Source of the DNA: an uncultured delta proteobacterium | GTDB lineage: Bacteria; Desulfobacterota; Binatia; UBA9968 | NCBI GenBank assembly: GCA_963737905.1 | Contig: CAVTUQ010000025.1 | Location: 288,001 to 352,000 of the forward strand | DNA length: 64,000 nucleotides | Reading direction: 5' to 3' | In this document: positions 19,921 through 28,462 of the stretch, piece after piece | How the letters are laid out: each line of letters begins with the position of its first letter | How positions within the stretch are numbered: the first letter of the stretch is position 1 | The notes under the pieces: generated by a model | What the model saw: only the letters and a program-made list of their open reading frames with translations | Database searches by the model: none | Told to the model about the DNA's origin: nothing | Translations under genes and position numbers: made by a program

Positions 19921-21366
19921 ATGGATCAGGGAAAGATCCTGGTTACGGAAGACGAAGAATCGCTGCGCTTTGTGCTGAAGAAGGCCCTCGAAAACGAAGG
20001 CTATTGGGTACAAACCACGGCCAACGGTAATGCGGCGCGCCAGTTACTGACGGAAACACATTTCGACGTCTCACTCATGGACATTAAATTGCCCGACGCG
20101 GATGGTCTAAGCTTGCTGAAAGAAATCAAAGAAGCAGGCATCGATACTGCGATGATCCTGATGACCGCCCAGAACACCATGCGCAATGCCATCGGCGCCA
20201 TGAAGAACGGGGCCTTCGATTATATTACCAAGCCCTTTGATCTTGATGAGGTCCTGGTCCTGGTCAAACGGGCCATCGATAGCCGCAAGTTAACCCGGGA
20301 TTTCCGGGAACTCAAAGAAGAAGTGAAAAAACGTTTTGAGCCCGGCGTCAATATCATCGGCACGAGTTCCAACATGCAGAAGGTCTACAAGACCATCGGG
20401 CAGGTGGTCGATACCCATGCCACGATTTTGATTCAGGGAGAGAGCGGCACGGGCAAAGAGCTGGTCGCCAAGACGATTCATTATAATTCGCCGCGCTGGA
20501 ATCAGCCGTTTGTCGCGATCAACTGCGCAGCCATCCCTCGTGACCTGTTGGAAAGTGAGCTCTTCGGTCATGAAAGGGGTGCCTTCACGGGCGCTCTGGA
20601 TCGGCGCATCGGCAAATTCGAGTTGGCCGAAGGCGGGACGCTTTTCCTCGATGAGGTGGGCGACATCCCGCTGGAGCTGCAAACGAAACTTCTTAGAGTC
20701 TTACAGGATCGCGAGTATAGCCGTGTCGGCGGCAGGGACGTCTTGAAGGCCGATGTTCGGATTCTGGCGGCCACAAACCAGGATCTCGAGAGAGCGGTCA
20801 AAGAGAAGCGCTTCCGTGAAGACCTCTACTTTCGTCTCAAAGTGATTCCGATTTACTTGCCGCCGTTGCGCGAGCGCAAGGGCGACATTCCGCTCTTGAT
20901 CAGCTACTTCATCGACAAGATCAATCGCGAAATGGGCATCCAGATCTCTGGCATTTCTCCGGAAGCCCAGAAGCTTTTGGAAGAACACACTTGGCCCGGC
21001 AACGTTCGCGAGCTGGAGAACACGCTTATCAGAGCGGCGGTGCTCTCCTCCGGCCCTATCTTGTTTCCCAAAGATTTTACTTTACAGAACAAACCGGCGA
21101 TCGCGAACCTCGAGGTGGATCAATTGTCCTTCGAAGAGATTATCCGCCACAAACTCGAAGACTACTTTCGCCGAACCGGTGACGTGGATTTGGATAACCT
21201 TTACTCTCTAGTCATCGAAAGAATCGAGCGGCCATTGATTGAGCTGACGCTCAAAAAAACTCGCGGCAATCAAATCCGCGCGGCGCAGATTCTCGGCATC
21301 AACCGAAACACGCTGCGCAAAAAGATCGTCGACCTGCGGATTGAGGTCAAAAGAGAAAGCAGTTAA
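19921..21366 (+). CDS. ntrC: Sigma54-dependent response regulator, NtrC/GlnG-like
   Basis: Receiver, GESGTGKE, GAFTGA, GNQIRAAQILGINRNTLRKK HTH. Confidence 0.85.
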   Translation: MDQGKILVTEDEESLRFVLKKALENEGYWVQTTANGNAARQLLTETHFDVSLMDIKLPDADGLSLLKEIKEAGIDTAMILMTAQNTMRNAIGAMKNGAFDYITKPFDLDEVLVLVKRAIDSRKLTRDFRELKEEVKKRFEPGVNIIGTSSNMQKVYKTIGQVVDTHATILIQGESGTGKELVAKTIHYNSPRWNQPFVAINCAAIPRDLLESELFGHERGAFTGALDRRIGKFELAEGGTLFLDEVGDIPLELQTKLLRVLQDREYSRVGGRDVLKADVRILAATNQDLERAVKEKRFREDLYFRLKVIPIYLPPLRERKGDIPLLISYFIDKINREMGIQISGISPEAQKLLEEHTWPGNVRELENTLIRAAVLSSGPILFPKDFTLQNKPAIANLEVDQLSFEEIIRHKLEDYFRRTGDVDLDNLYSLVIERIERPLIELTLKKTRGNQIRAAQILGINRNTLRKKIVDLRIEVKRESS

Positions 21367-21373
21367 CCGCTCC

Positions 21374-22006
21374 ATGCCACAGCCTTCACGAAGGCTCCAA
21401 CTACCGCCGCTTTACGCCATTCTCGATCCCGAGCAAACCAAGGGCCGCGCCACCGAGACCGTCCTCCGCGAGCTTTTGGAAGGCGGGATTAAGCTGCTTC
21501 AATTGCGCGCCAAGGTACTAACCGCCGGCGACTTCCTCCAGCTCGCACGGGTCGCGCGCAGATTGACGCGGTCCTCCGGATGTAAAGTGATCGTCAACGA
21601 CCGCGTGGACATCGCGCTTGCCTGTGACGCCGACGGTGTCCACCTTGGACAAGAAGATTTACCCCTATACGCCGCGCGGAAGTTGATGGGCGACAGCACG
21701 ATCGGCATCTCGACCCATGCAGTGGAGCAAGCCAAAGAAGCTGAAGACGGCGGCGCTGACTACATCGGGTTCGGTCCGATGTTCGGATCCACGACGAAAG
21801 AAACAGGCTACAGCGCGCGCGGCCTGGAAATGCTTCGCCGAGTTCGTGCAGCAATCGCCCTCCCCATAGTCGCCATCGGCGGAATCACCGAAGCGAACGT
21901 TGTAGAAGTCTGGCAAGCCGGCGCCGATTCCGCAGCCATCATCAGCGATATCTTAGGCGCGGACGATATAGCGGATAAGGTCAAAAGAATTCTAGCTCTC
22001 CGTTAA
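21374..22006 (+). CDS. thiE: Thiamine phosphate synthase
   Basis: QLRAK, VNDRVD, GVHLGQED, GISTH, STTK, VAIGGI. Confidence 0.96.
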   Translation: MPQPSRRLQLPPLYAILDPEQTKGRATETVLRELLEGGIKLLQLRAKVLTAGDFLQLARVARRLTRSSGCKVIVNDRVDIALACDADGVHLGQEDLPLYAARKLMGDSTIGISTHAVEQAKEAEDGGADYIGFGPMFGSTTKETGYSARGLEMLRRVRAAIALPIVAIGGITEANVVEVWQAGADSAAIISDILGADDIADKVKRILALR

Positions 22007-22124
22007 GCCGTGTAAACACCTCTTCCTCGATTCGCATCCTATGGTTCTCCGTCCAAAAGACGAAAATCTCGCTCCACTGTTGCACTTGCTGGGGTGATGG
22101 CGCTCAGGGTAAACTCTCATCAGC

Positions 22125-22445
22125 ATGAGTAGAACCTTCGACAAGGTCGTGCTCTGGTTCAGCGCGCCGAAGTGAGGATATCGGACCACGGATATGATGA
22201 TGTCTGACGAAAATATCCTCGCCAGGGATGTCTTGGCCGGTGTTTTCAACGGTATTGTCGTCGAAGACTATCCGAGCTATGGCAAGGGACCATGTGTGCT
22301 TGTCCTGCAAAAAGATCTGAACCAGGAACCGATCCACGTCGTCTGGGGAATTCCGAAGGATTTATCGTCGCCGGCGGTTGTCGTGACCGCCTATAGACCT
22401 GATCCCGATATGTGGTCTGAAGATTTCACAAGGAGAAAAGCATGA
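22125..22445 (+). CDS. DUF4258-like putative toxin (5' part frameshifted)
   Basis: VEDYP...KGP..LVL...PIHVVW...AVVVTAYRPDP..W. Upstream sequence reads MSRTFDKV / ALVQRAEVRISDHGYD only across two apparent short deletions. Confidence 0.65.
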
Positions 22446-22657
22446 GAAAAAAGCGCCATACAAAACTAGTTCACGAGGGACAATACGTAGCCGAAGTTGA
22501 TGTTGAACTCATCGAGACCGACGAAGGTTGGTCGCCGTACTTGTCGCTGGAGGATACCTACAAGTTAGACGATGGCCGTTTTGCGCTACGTCGGGGCGAC
22601 CTAAAGAGTGCAGCGCGCCTATCGCGCCTGTTCAGCCTGACCCCAGTGCGTGCGTGA
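22442..22657 (+). CDS. Small partner (putative antitoxin) of the DUF4258 gene
   Basis: ATGA overlap; HEGQYVAEVDVELI...WSPYLSLED..KLD pattern typical of DUF4258 partners. Confidence 0.65.
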   Translation: MRKKRHTKLVHEGQYVAEVDVELIETDEGWSPYLSLEDTYKLDDGRFALRRGDLKSAARLSRLFSLTPVRA

Positions 22658-22665
22658 GTTTGATC

Positions 22666-22725
22666 GGAGAACACTCGGATGGAGCCGCCGCGATAACTGC
22701 ACGCGGCTCACCCAAAACGCTAGGC
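22666..22725 (+). other. Degenerate attC site
   Basis: GGAGAAC...GAGCCGCCGCG/CGCGGCTC...GCTAGGC. Confidence 0.6.
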
Positions 22726-22753
22726 GGATCAATAGCAGGTCCTGGACGAAACG

Positions 22754-23290
22754 ATGACTCCACTAACAACAGAGCAGATTGATGCGATGTCCGCAGGTTA
22801 TGAGTTGGATGCGCTCGTGGCCGAAAAAGTCATGGACGAAATTATGCCTACAGCGCCGCACGACCGGGCGCACCTTGAGCCGATTAGGTCTAATGGCGAG
22901 AACTGGATATGCTGGCCGGAGTACGAACACGGAGATAAGTGCGAATGGGCACCCCTTCCGTTCAGCACAGATCCGACGGCTGCTTGGAAAGTTGTGAGTC
23001 GGTTTGAGCCCTGGGTTTGCCGTTTTCAATCAGCGGACGGATTCATTCATCTTGCTTGCGGCCATTGGGCAGATCACGGAAACTGCATCGAACATGGGTG
23101 GACGGAAGAAGAGGAAAAGTTGGAAGCCGACCCAGAAGCGTGGTCGTTTCACATTCATTTGGGCCTATTGGCCGAGGGGGATAAAAGTCCGCCACATTGG
23201 AAACACGGGGATCGATTTTGCGCGTTCGGCCCCACGGCGCCGCTCGCTGTCTGCCGAGCGGCCTTGAAAGCGATCGCGACGGCGGGCTAA
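22754..23290 (+). CDS. Cassette gene, phage ABA-sandwich-domain-like protein
   Basis: AG.ELDALVAEKVM, P.FSTD..AAWKVV, TAPLAVCRAALKA; the stop lies in GGCTAAC (attC R'' box, rest truncated). Confidence 0.65.
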   Translation: MTPLTTEQIDAMSAGYELDALVAEKVMDEIMPTAPHDRAHLEPIRSNGENWICWPEYEHGDKCEWAPLPFSTDPTAAWKVVSRFEPWVCRFQSADGFIHLACGHWADHGNCIEHGWTEEEEKLEADPEAWSFHIHLGLLAEGDKSPPHWKHGDRFCAFGPTAPLAVCRAALKAIATAG

Positions 23291-23353
23291 CAAGGCCGTG
23301 AACCTGCGCCAGTCCCCGACCCTACACACGGGTCGTAGGTCAAATCAGGGCGT

Positions 23354-23437
23354 CACATCAAAAGTAAAGAAGGAGGCGTCCGCTTTCTAAAGACGATCAT
23401 TCCCAGCCGAAAAGCCACGAAGGAGTATCTAAAATGA
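23354..23437 (+). pseudogene. BrnT-like toxin C-terminal remnant
   Basis: ...GGVRFLKTIIPSRKATKEYLK* with ATGA overlap to the antitoxin; no N-terminus present. Confidence 0.65.
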
Positions 23438-23718
23438 GCGGCAACCCGCTGAAATTGGACGAAGAGGAATTGCAGGTCCTGCGTGATTTTGAACGCGGGG
23501 AGTTTGAGAGCATTCAGCATTTTCGAAAAGAGAAACGTAGTCTGGAAGCAGCCGCCAAAAGAACTCTCCAAAAGGATAAGCGCATCAACATTCGCATTTC
23601 CTCCCGCGACCTGGAGAAGCTACAAAAACGAGCCGCCATGGAAGGGATTCCCTATCAGACATTCATCGCCAGTACCTTGCATAAGTTTGTAACTGGTAAG
23701 CTCAAGGAGCCCGGCTAA
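23434..23718 (+). CDS. CopG/RHH-type antitoxin
   Basis: KDKRINIRISS.DL..L...A..EGIPYQT; stop in GGCTAAC R'' box. Confidence 0.8.
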   Translation: MSGNPLKLDEEELQVLRDFERGEFESIQHFRKEKRSLEAAAKRTLQKDKRINIRISSRDLEKLQKRAAMEGIPYQTFIASTLHKFVTGKLKEPG

Positions 23719-23736
23719 CTTTTGCGCTGCAACCGG

Positions 23737-23886
23737 ATCGTCGCCATCGGCGGCATTACCGAAGCGAACGTTGCCGAAGTCTGGCAAGCCGGCGCTGATT
23801 CCGCAGCCATAATCCGCGACCTCTTGGGCGCGGGCGATGTTGCGGATAAGGTCGGAAGGATTCTAGCTCTCCATCAAGCCCTGTGA
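23737..23886 (+). pseudogene. thiE: Diverged duplicate of the thiE 3' end
   Basis: IVAIGGITEANVAEVWQAGADSAAIIRDLLGAGDVADKVGRILALHQAL*; about 21 mismatches over about 150 nt versus 21866-22015 (hand count). Confidence 0.9.
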
Positions 23887-23917
23887 ATATGGTTTCACAC
23901 CCTGCGCTGTCTCTATG

Positions 23918-24057
23918 ATTTACAATCGCCATACTCGGAGAGTAACATTTGGCTCCGCGGTTTAGTCCAACCCGTTTTATTCCCCGTCGCTCCTTCGACG
24001 ATCTCTCCCAGGCTTGATTGCTTCCAGGCTTTGGGGATAAAACGCTATACGTTATAG
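23918..24057 (+). mobile_element. Orphan right end of a tyrosine-recombinase/IS91-type element, abutting a cassette core site
   Basis: 24012-24054 matches 57018-57060 at 42/43 nt. TTTACAATC..CATA and GGCTCCGCG.TTTAGTCCAAC.CGTTTTAT.CCCC are also shared. Ends CTATAC|GTTATAG. Confidence 0.85.
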
Positions 24058-24067
24058 CGCACTTGAG

Positions 24068-24682
24068 ATGGACGTGTACGGGAAATTTGCTGAGCTAAAG
24101 GAGGTAGAGCGCGAAGGCGTCGATTACTGCGTCTGTGTCGTCCGGAGAAAGCACTCGTCCACCGTCGTCTTGGCGCCCCATGGCGGAGGTATCGAGCCCG
24201 GGACCTCGGAAGTGTCGAGGAAGATCGCGGAAGACGACTTGTCCTTAGCCATATTCGAAGGGAAGAAGTCCGTGGGCAACGCTCGCCTTCACATGACAAG
24301 CACGAACTTCGATGAGCCCCGGTGTCTGGAGCTCATCCAGGCTACCGACAGTGTGGTCGCAATCCACGGCGAAGAAAGCAAAGAACCAGTCATATTTCTG
24401 GGGGGTAGAGACAAGAAGCTGGGCGCGCGATTACGTGCAGCGTTGGAGAGGCACGGGTACAAAGTCAAGGTGCACGAGAATCCTGAGCTACAAGGGATGG
24501 CTACCGCCAATGTCTGCAACCGCGGGCGCCAAGGGGCAGGCGTTCAACTCGAGCTGAGTTTTGGGTTGCGCGAGACCTTTTTCGAGTCATTGACAGCCGA
24601 AGGCCGGAAGAAGCCCATTGATGAACTGGCCAAGTTTGCAGGCGCGGTACGGGAGGGGTTGCGTGCCGCAGGTGCGCTCTAA
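24068..24682 (+). CDS. Cassette gene, poly-gamma-glutamate hydrolase family (PghP/YjqB-like)
   Basis: APHGGGIEPGTSE, HMTSTNFDEP, AIHG, NVCN, GVQLEL; flanked by GTTATAG and CTCTAAC. Confidence 0.85.
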   Translation: MDVYGKFAELKEVEREGVDYCVCVVRRKHSSTVVLAPHGGGIEPGTSEVSRKIAEDDLSLAIFEGKKSVGNARLHMTSTNFDEPRCLELIQATDSVVAIHGEESKEPVIFLGGRDKKLGARLRAALERHGYKVKVHENPELQGMATANVCNRGRQGAGVQLELSFGLRETFFESLTAEGRKKPIDELAKFAGAVREGLRAAGAL

Positions 24683-24710
24683 CCCTTGAACACCGCGATG
24701 AACGTTAAGC
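24677..24710 (+). other. Internally deleted (34-bp) attC
   Basis: CTCTAAC...GTTAAGC with only 20 nt between the R boxes. Confidence 0.55.
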
Positions 24711-24717
24711 TCCAAAC

Positions 24718-25113
24718 GTGAATCCACTATCACGAAAACTGACGACAGGTACAATTGGGGAGCTTCTCGTTCAGCTTCGCCTGCTCCAGTTTGATGTCCA
24801 AGCGGCGCCACCACTCAAGGATTCTGGCAATGACCTCATCGCAGTCCGCGGGCATGCGATGCGGGCCATACAGATAAAGACTAGCGCGGGACATGCTTTT
24901 AGCGGCCGTCGTTTACCAAGATTTTATCACATCCTTGCGGCTGTTCGCCTCGTTGGCGATGGAGAAATTCTGCACCTGGATAAGTGCGAAGTTTTCCTGA
25001 TTCCCAAGGAGGAGCTACCGACTGTTTCCCGGCAGTTCGCTCGTTTATTGGATTATCGGTTGACACGGAGCTTGGTTGATCGGTTATTCAAGCCAAGAAG
25101 ATTACACAGATGA
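24718..25113 (+). CDS. Cassette gene, PD-(D/E)XK nuclease-like protein
   Basis: GE, D.G.DLIA, IQIKT catalytic-like pattern. Confidence 0.6.
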   Translation: MNPLSRKLTTGTIGELLVQLRLLQFDVQAAPPLKDSGNDLIAVRGHAMRAIQIKTSAGHAFSGRRLPRFYHILAAVRLVGDGEILHLDKCEVFLIPKEELPTVSRQFARLLDYRLTRSLVDRLFKPRRLHR

Positions 25114-25123
25114 GTGCCATGGA

Positions 25124-25213
25124 GCCTAACTTTTGCCCCAGCCGTTGCACCGATTGCGTCCCTGTTGGACTTCGGACACCGTGGGCGGCGCGCCACTGAG
25201 CGTTACGTTAGGC
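25124..25213 (+). other. attC site
   Basis: GCCTAAC...GTTAGGC, perfectly complementary R boxes, 90 bp. Confidence 0.75.
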
Positions 25214-25223
25214 CTCTTAGCTA

Positions 25224-25745
25224 TTGATCGAGATGATATATCTTCTGGGCGTCAACCATGGTGTACAGTTCGAGAGCAAGACCTCGGATATGAACGTCAT
25301 TAATGCGTTTGAGGACTACTTAAGGGATGCGTGCGCAAGGTATAACACTGACTGCATCGCAGAAGAGATGAGCATCGAATCTCTGAAGAAATGGGAAGCG
25401 ACCCGGTACGTATGTAGATCCATTGCCGACACGCTATCCATAAGACACATGTTTTGTGACCCAGACTCAAATGAGCGCAAGAAAAAAGGGATAAAACTTG
25501 AAAAGGAAGTTAGGGAGGCCTTGGGCTACGGACAAATTTTGAGCGATTCTCAGGTAGAGAAACTAGACGAGGCGTTAAAAACACAATGGCCGCTCCGTGA
25601 ACAATTTTGGTTGGAAAAGATACTCGAAGCAGAAGCAGAGCGCACCTTGTTTGTGCTTGGTAGCAGCCATATCGAGTCATTTTCAGAGCTACTAAGTCAA
25701 AAGGGTATTGGTTTTGTCATCTTGGAAAGAAAGTGGGACACCTAA
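25224..25745 (+). CDS. Cassette hypothetical protein
   Basis: AT-richer ORF between GTTAGGC and ACCTAAC; LGVNH, IAEE, RE..W and G..H pattern. Confidence 0.7.
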   Translation: MIEMIYLLGVNHGVQFESKTSDMNVINAFEDYLRDACARYNTDCIAEEMSIESLKKWEATRYVCRSIADTLSIRHMFCDPDSNERKKKGIKLEKEVREALGYGQILSDSQVEKLDEALKTQWPLREQFWLEKILEAEAERTLFVLGSSHIESFSELLSQKGIGFVILERKWDT

Positions 25746-25816
25746 CCCGTCACTAGGGGTCATCGCCGAGCAGCGGCGCTAGTGCTAGTTGAAGTGAACT
25801 CATAATGATTTCTCAA

Positions 25817-27141
25817 CACTACTGTCCCAACGTTGAAATCGTGAACCGGTAAAAGCTATTAAAAAGACTTAACTTTTTGTTGAAAATGCAATTTATCGAT
25901 TTGAAATCAAAAACGCTCCAAAGCCACACTTGCGTATCCCCGCGCAAGGAGATGGCTAATGAATTCAGGAAAGACGGTGTTCTCTCAACTGATGGACTTT
26001 GTGCCCTCATACGAATTCCGCCTCTGTGTGGATCGCTATCACGGCAACCACAAAGTGAAAAGCTTTTCATGCTGGGACCAGTTTCTATCGATGGCCTTTG
26101 CTCAGCTTACCTATCGCGAAAGTCTCAGAGACATCGAGACCTGTTTGAGAGCTGCGGGCGAAAAGCTTTATCACATGGGCATTCGCGGCAAGGTCTCTCG
26201 CAACACCCTAGCTCACGCCAACGAGGTGCGCGACTGGAGAATCTACCAAGACTTTGCCCAAGCCCTGATTCAAAACGCCAGAGAACTTTATGTGGGAGAT
26301 CCTCTCCAAGTTCAGCTCGATCAAACCGCCTATGCCTTAGATTCGACCGTCGTCGATCTGTGTCTGACGCTATTCCCTTGGGCGAAGTTTCGAAAGCGCA
26401 AGGCCGCCGTGAAGCTTCATACCCTTTTGGATTTACGTGCCAGCATCCCCACCACCGTGATTGTTACTACGGGAGCGGTCCACGATGTGAACATCATGGA
26501 CGAGCTTTTTTGGGAGCCAGGGTCGATCTACGTGATGGACCGGGGCTACGTGGACTTCGCTCGGCTTTACCGCATCCAGCAAGATTCGGCCTTCTTTGTC
26601 ACCAGAGCCAAGAAGAACTTTCGCTTCCAACGCCTTTACTCTCACCGAGTCAACAAAGCCACCGGCCTTCGCTGCGATCAAACCGTGGTGCTTTGCGGTT
26701 TCTACGCTCAAAAAGATTATCCCGAAAAGCTGCGTCGCATCCGTTATTTCGATCAGCAAACCAACAAAGCTCTGGTTTTTCTGACCAACAATTTTACCTT
26801 ACCGGCTTTAATCATCGCCCAATTGTATCGATGCCGCTGGCAGGTGGAATTGTTCTTCAAGTGGATCAAGCAACACCTTCGTATCAAAGCCTTCTATGGC
26901 ACCAGCGACAATGCCGTGAAGACACAGATCTGGATTGCCATCTCGATCTACGTGTTGGTGGCGATCATCAAAAAGCGCTTGAATCTCGATCACAGCTTAT
27001 ACTCGATTCTACAGATCCTGAGCGTGACAACCATGGAGAAAACTCCGCTCATACAAGTACTTTCGCAGTTCGATGAGTCGGAAAAAATGCTCGATAACAG
27101 CAAACAACTGATTTTGTTCAATTAACGTTGGGACAATAGTG
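25817..27141 (+). mobile_element. IS4-family insertion sequence, complete
   Basis: 18-bp IRs CACTACTGTCCCAACGTT and AACGTTGGGACAATAGTG (1 mismatch); 9-bp target duplication ATTTCTCAA at 25808-25816 and 27142-27150. Confidence 0.95.
25959..27125 (+). CDS. IS4 family DDE transposase
   Basis: LDST, MDRGY, Y..RWQVELFFKWIKQHL (YREK motif). Confidence 0.96.
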   Translation: MNSGKTVFSQLMDFVPSYEFRLCVDRYHGNHKVKSFSCWDQFLSMAFAQLTYRESLRDIETCLRAAGEKLYHMGIRGKVSRNTLAHANEVRDWRIYQDFAQALIQNARELYVGDPLQVQLDQTAYALDSTVVDLCLTLFPWAKFRKRKAAVKLHTLLDLRASIPTTVIVTTGAVHDVNIMDELFWEPGSIYVMDRGYVDFARLYRIQQDSAFFVTRAKKNFRFQRLYSHRVNKATGLRCDQTVVLCGFYAQKDYPEKLRRIRYFDQQTNKALVFLTNNFTLPALIIAQLYRCRWQVELFFKWIKQHLRIKAFYGTSDNAVKTQIWIAISIYVLVAIIKKRLNLDHSLYSILQILSVTTMEKTPLIQVLSQFDESEKMLDNSKQLILFN

Positions 27142-27250
27142 ATTTCTCAATTGTAATTATCGATGGAAGCGTTTTTCATTTTTTCCGCACGCCTTGACAG
27201 TCACCCTTGATCGTCGGGCGGACGATCACTGAGGAACGGAACCGCGACTG

Positions 27251-28366
27251 GTGAGAGTTATGGTCACGAAGTTGGGCTTCTGCGATGGACTTCTCGTTTC
27301 GCTCGATCAGTTGAGCGCGTTGAAGCGATCCAAGGAGCTTATCTGTCTCCTGCTTGACAGAGGAACGTGGACTTTTTCTCTCATTGGACCCCCCGTCGGT
27401 GATGAAAGGCGCACCTCCATCTGGAACGTTGCGCGGGAGGCGGAGGCGAGCCCTGAAGACCGACAATATTGGGCTGAACTCCGGACCCTCTGGAGTCAAC
27501 TAAAAAATTTCAGCCTCTCACCCTTCCTGGGCGATTCGATCGCCAACGGCGAAATCACGGGCCTAGACTACGCTTCCCTTCTCCAATCTTGGCGACCAAA
27601 ATACGAGGAGTTGAGCGACGTGAAGCGACTCAAGGAGGTTGTCTGCCTCCTGCTTGACAGAGGAAAGTGGCACGATTTTCCTCTGGTTGAACCACCCGTC
27701 GGTGATGAAAGGCGCACCTCCGTCTGGAACGTTGCGCGGGAGGTGGAGGCGAGCGCCGAAGACCGCCAATATTGGGATGAACTACGGAGCCTCTGGAGTC
27801 AACTGCAATATGTCAGATCCTTCCTCTTACCCTTCCGCGCCCTGCCCCAAGTGGGCGATTCGATCGTCAACGGCGAAATCACGGGCGTAGACTACGCTTC
27901 CCTGCTCCACTCTTGGCGACCAGAATACGACGAGCCAGAGAGTCTCCACTCTAGGATCCACGAGGCCCTCGAAAGGTCGCAGACCGATCCAGTTCAGTTT
28001 GACTTTGCGGGATGCTGGCTTTTCAAGAACAACCGCTATTCGATAGAGGGCCACTACGACAGCGAGGAAAAGAAACTCCTGGTCGTGGAGGAGTTCGATA
28101 AAGAAAGAAGGCACTTCGAGCGGCTACACCATAAGCACAGGTCAGCCGGTTCTGACAGCAACCAGCCAGGCCGTCCACGCGTGCCAGAAGCCGTCAGAAT
28201 CGAGGTATGGCGGAGAGACGGGGGGCAATGTTCAAGGTGCGGAAGCCGAGAGAATCTCGAATACGACCACATTGTCCCTCTTGTGAGGGGAGGCAGCAAC
28301 ACAGCGAGGAATGTTGAACTCCTCTGCGAGAAGTGCAATCGCTCGAAGGCGGATAAGATTGAGTAA
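27251..28366 (+). CDS. Cassette gene, HNH endonuclease with a tandemly duplicated ~100-aa N-terminal domain
   Basis: VWRRDGGQCSRCG...LEYDHIVP...GGSN...N.ELLCEKCNRSK; repeats at about 27311-27610 and 27611-27930. Confidence 0.85.
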   Translation: MRVMVTKLGFCDGLLVSLDQLSALKRSKELICLLLDRGTWTFSLIGPPVGDERRTSIWNVAREAEASPEDRQYWAELRTLWSQLKNFSLSPFLGDSIANGEITGLDYASLLQSWRPKYEELSDVKRLKEVVCLLLDRGKWHDFPLVEPPVGDERRTSVWNVAREVEASAEDRQYWDELRSLWSQLQYVRSFLLPFRALPQVGDSIVNGEITGVDYASLLHSWRPEYDEPESLHSRIHEALERSQTDPVQFDFAGCWLFKNNRYSIEGHYDSEEKKLLVVEEFDKERRHFERLHHKHRSAGSDSNQPGRPRVPEAVRIEVWRRDGGQCSRCGSRENLEYDHIVPLVRGGSNTARNVELLCEKCNRSKADKIE

Positions 28367-28398
28367 GAGGAGAAAAAAGCGACATTCTGAGTTATTAG

Positions 28399-28455
28399 GC
28401 CTAACCTCTGCTTCAGACCGACGCGGAATACGCGCAGCTGAGCACAGCGCTAGGC
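28399..28455 (+). other. attC site (short)
   Basis: GCCTAAC...CTTCAG..CGCG/CGCG..CTGAG...GCTAGGC. Confidence 0.7.
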
Positions 28456-28462
28456 GGACATC

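Noticed and set aside
25877-27076. 399-aa ORF overlapping the IS4 transposase in another frame
   Set aside because: No recognisable motifs and a Ser/Arg-rich off-frame composition. Its length is notable, but nothing else supports it.
27311-27930. CRISPR array or DGR repeat pair
   Set aside because: Two ~300-bp in-frame coding repeats, no spacers, and differences not restricted to adenines.
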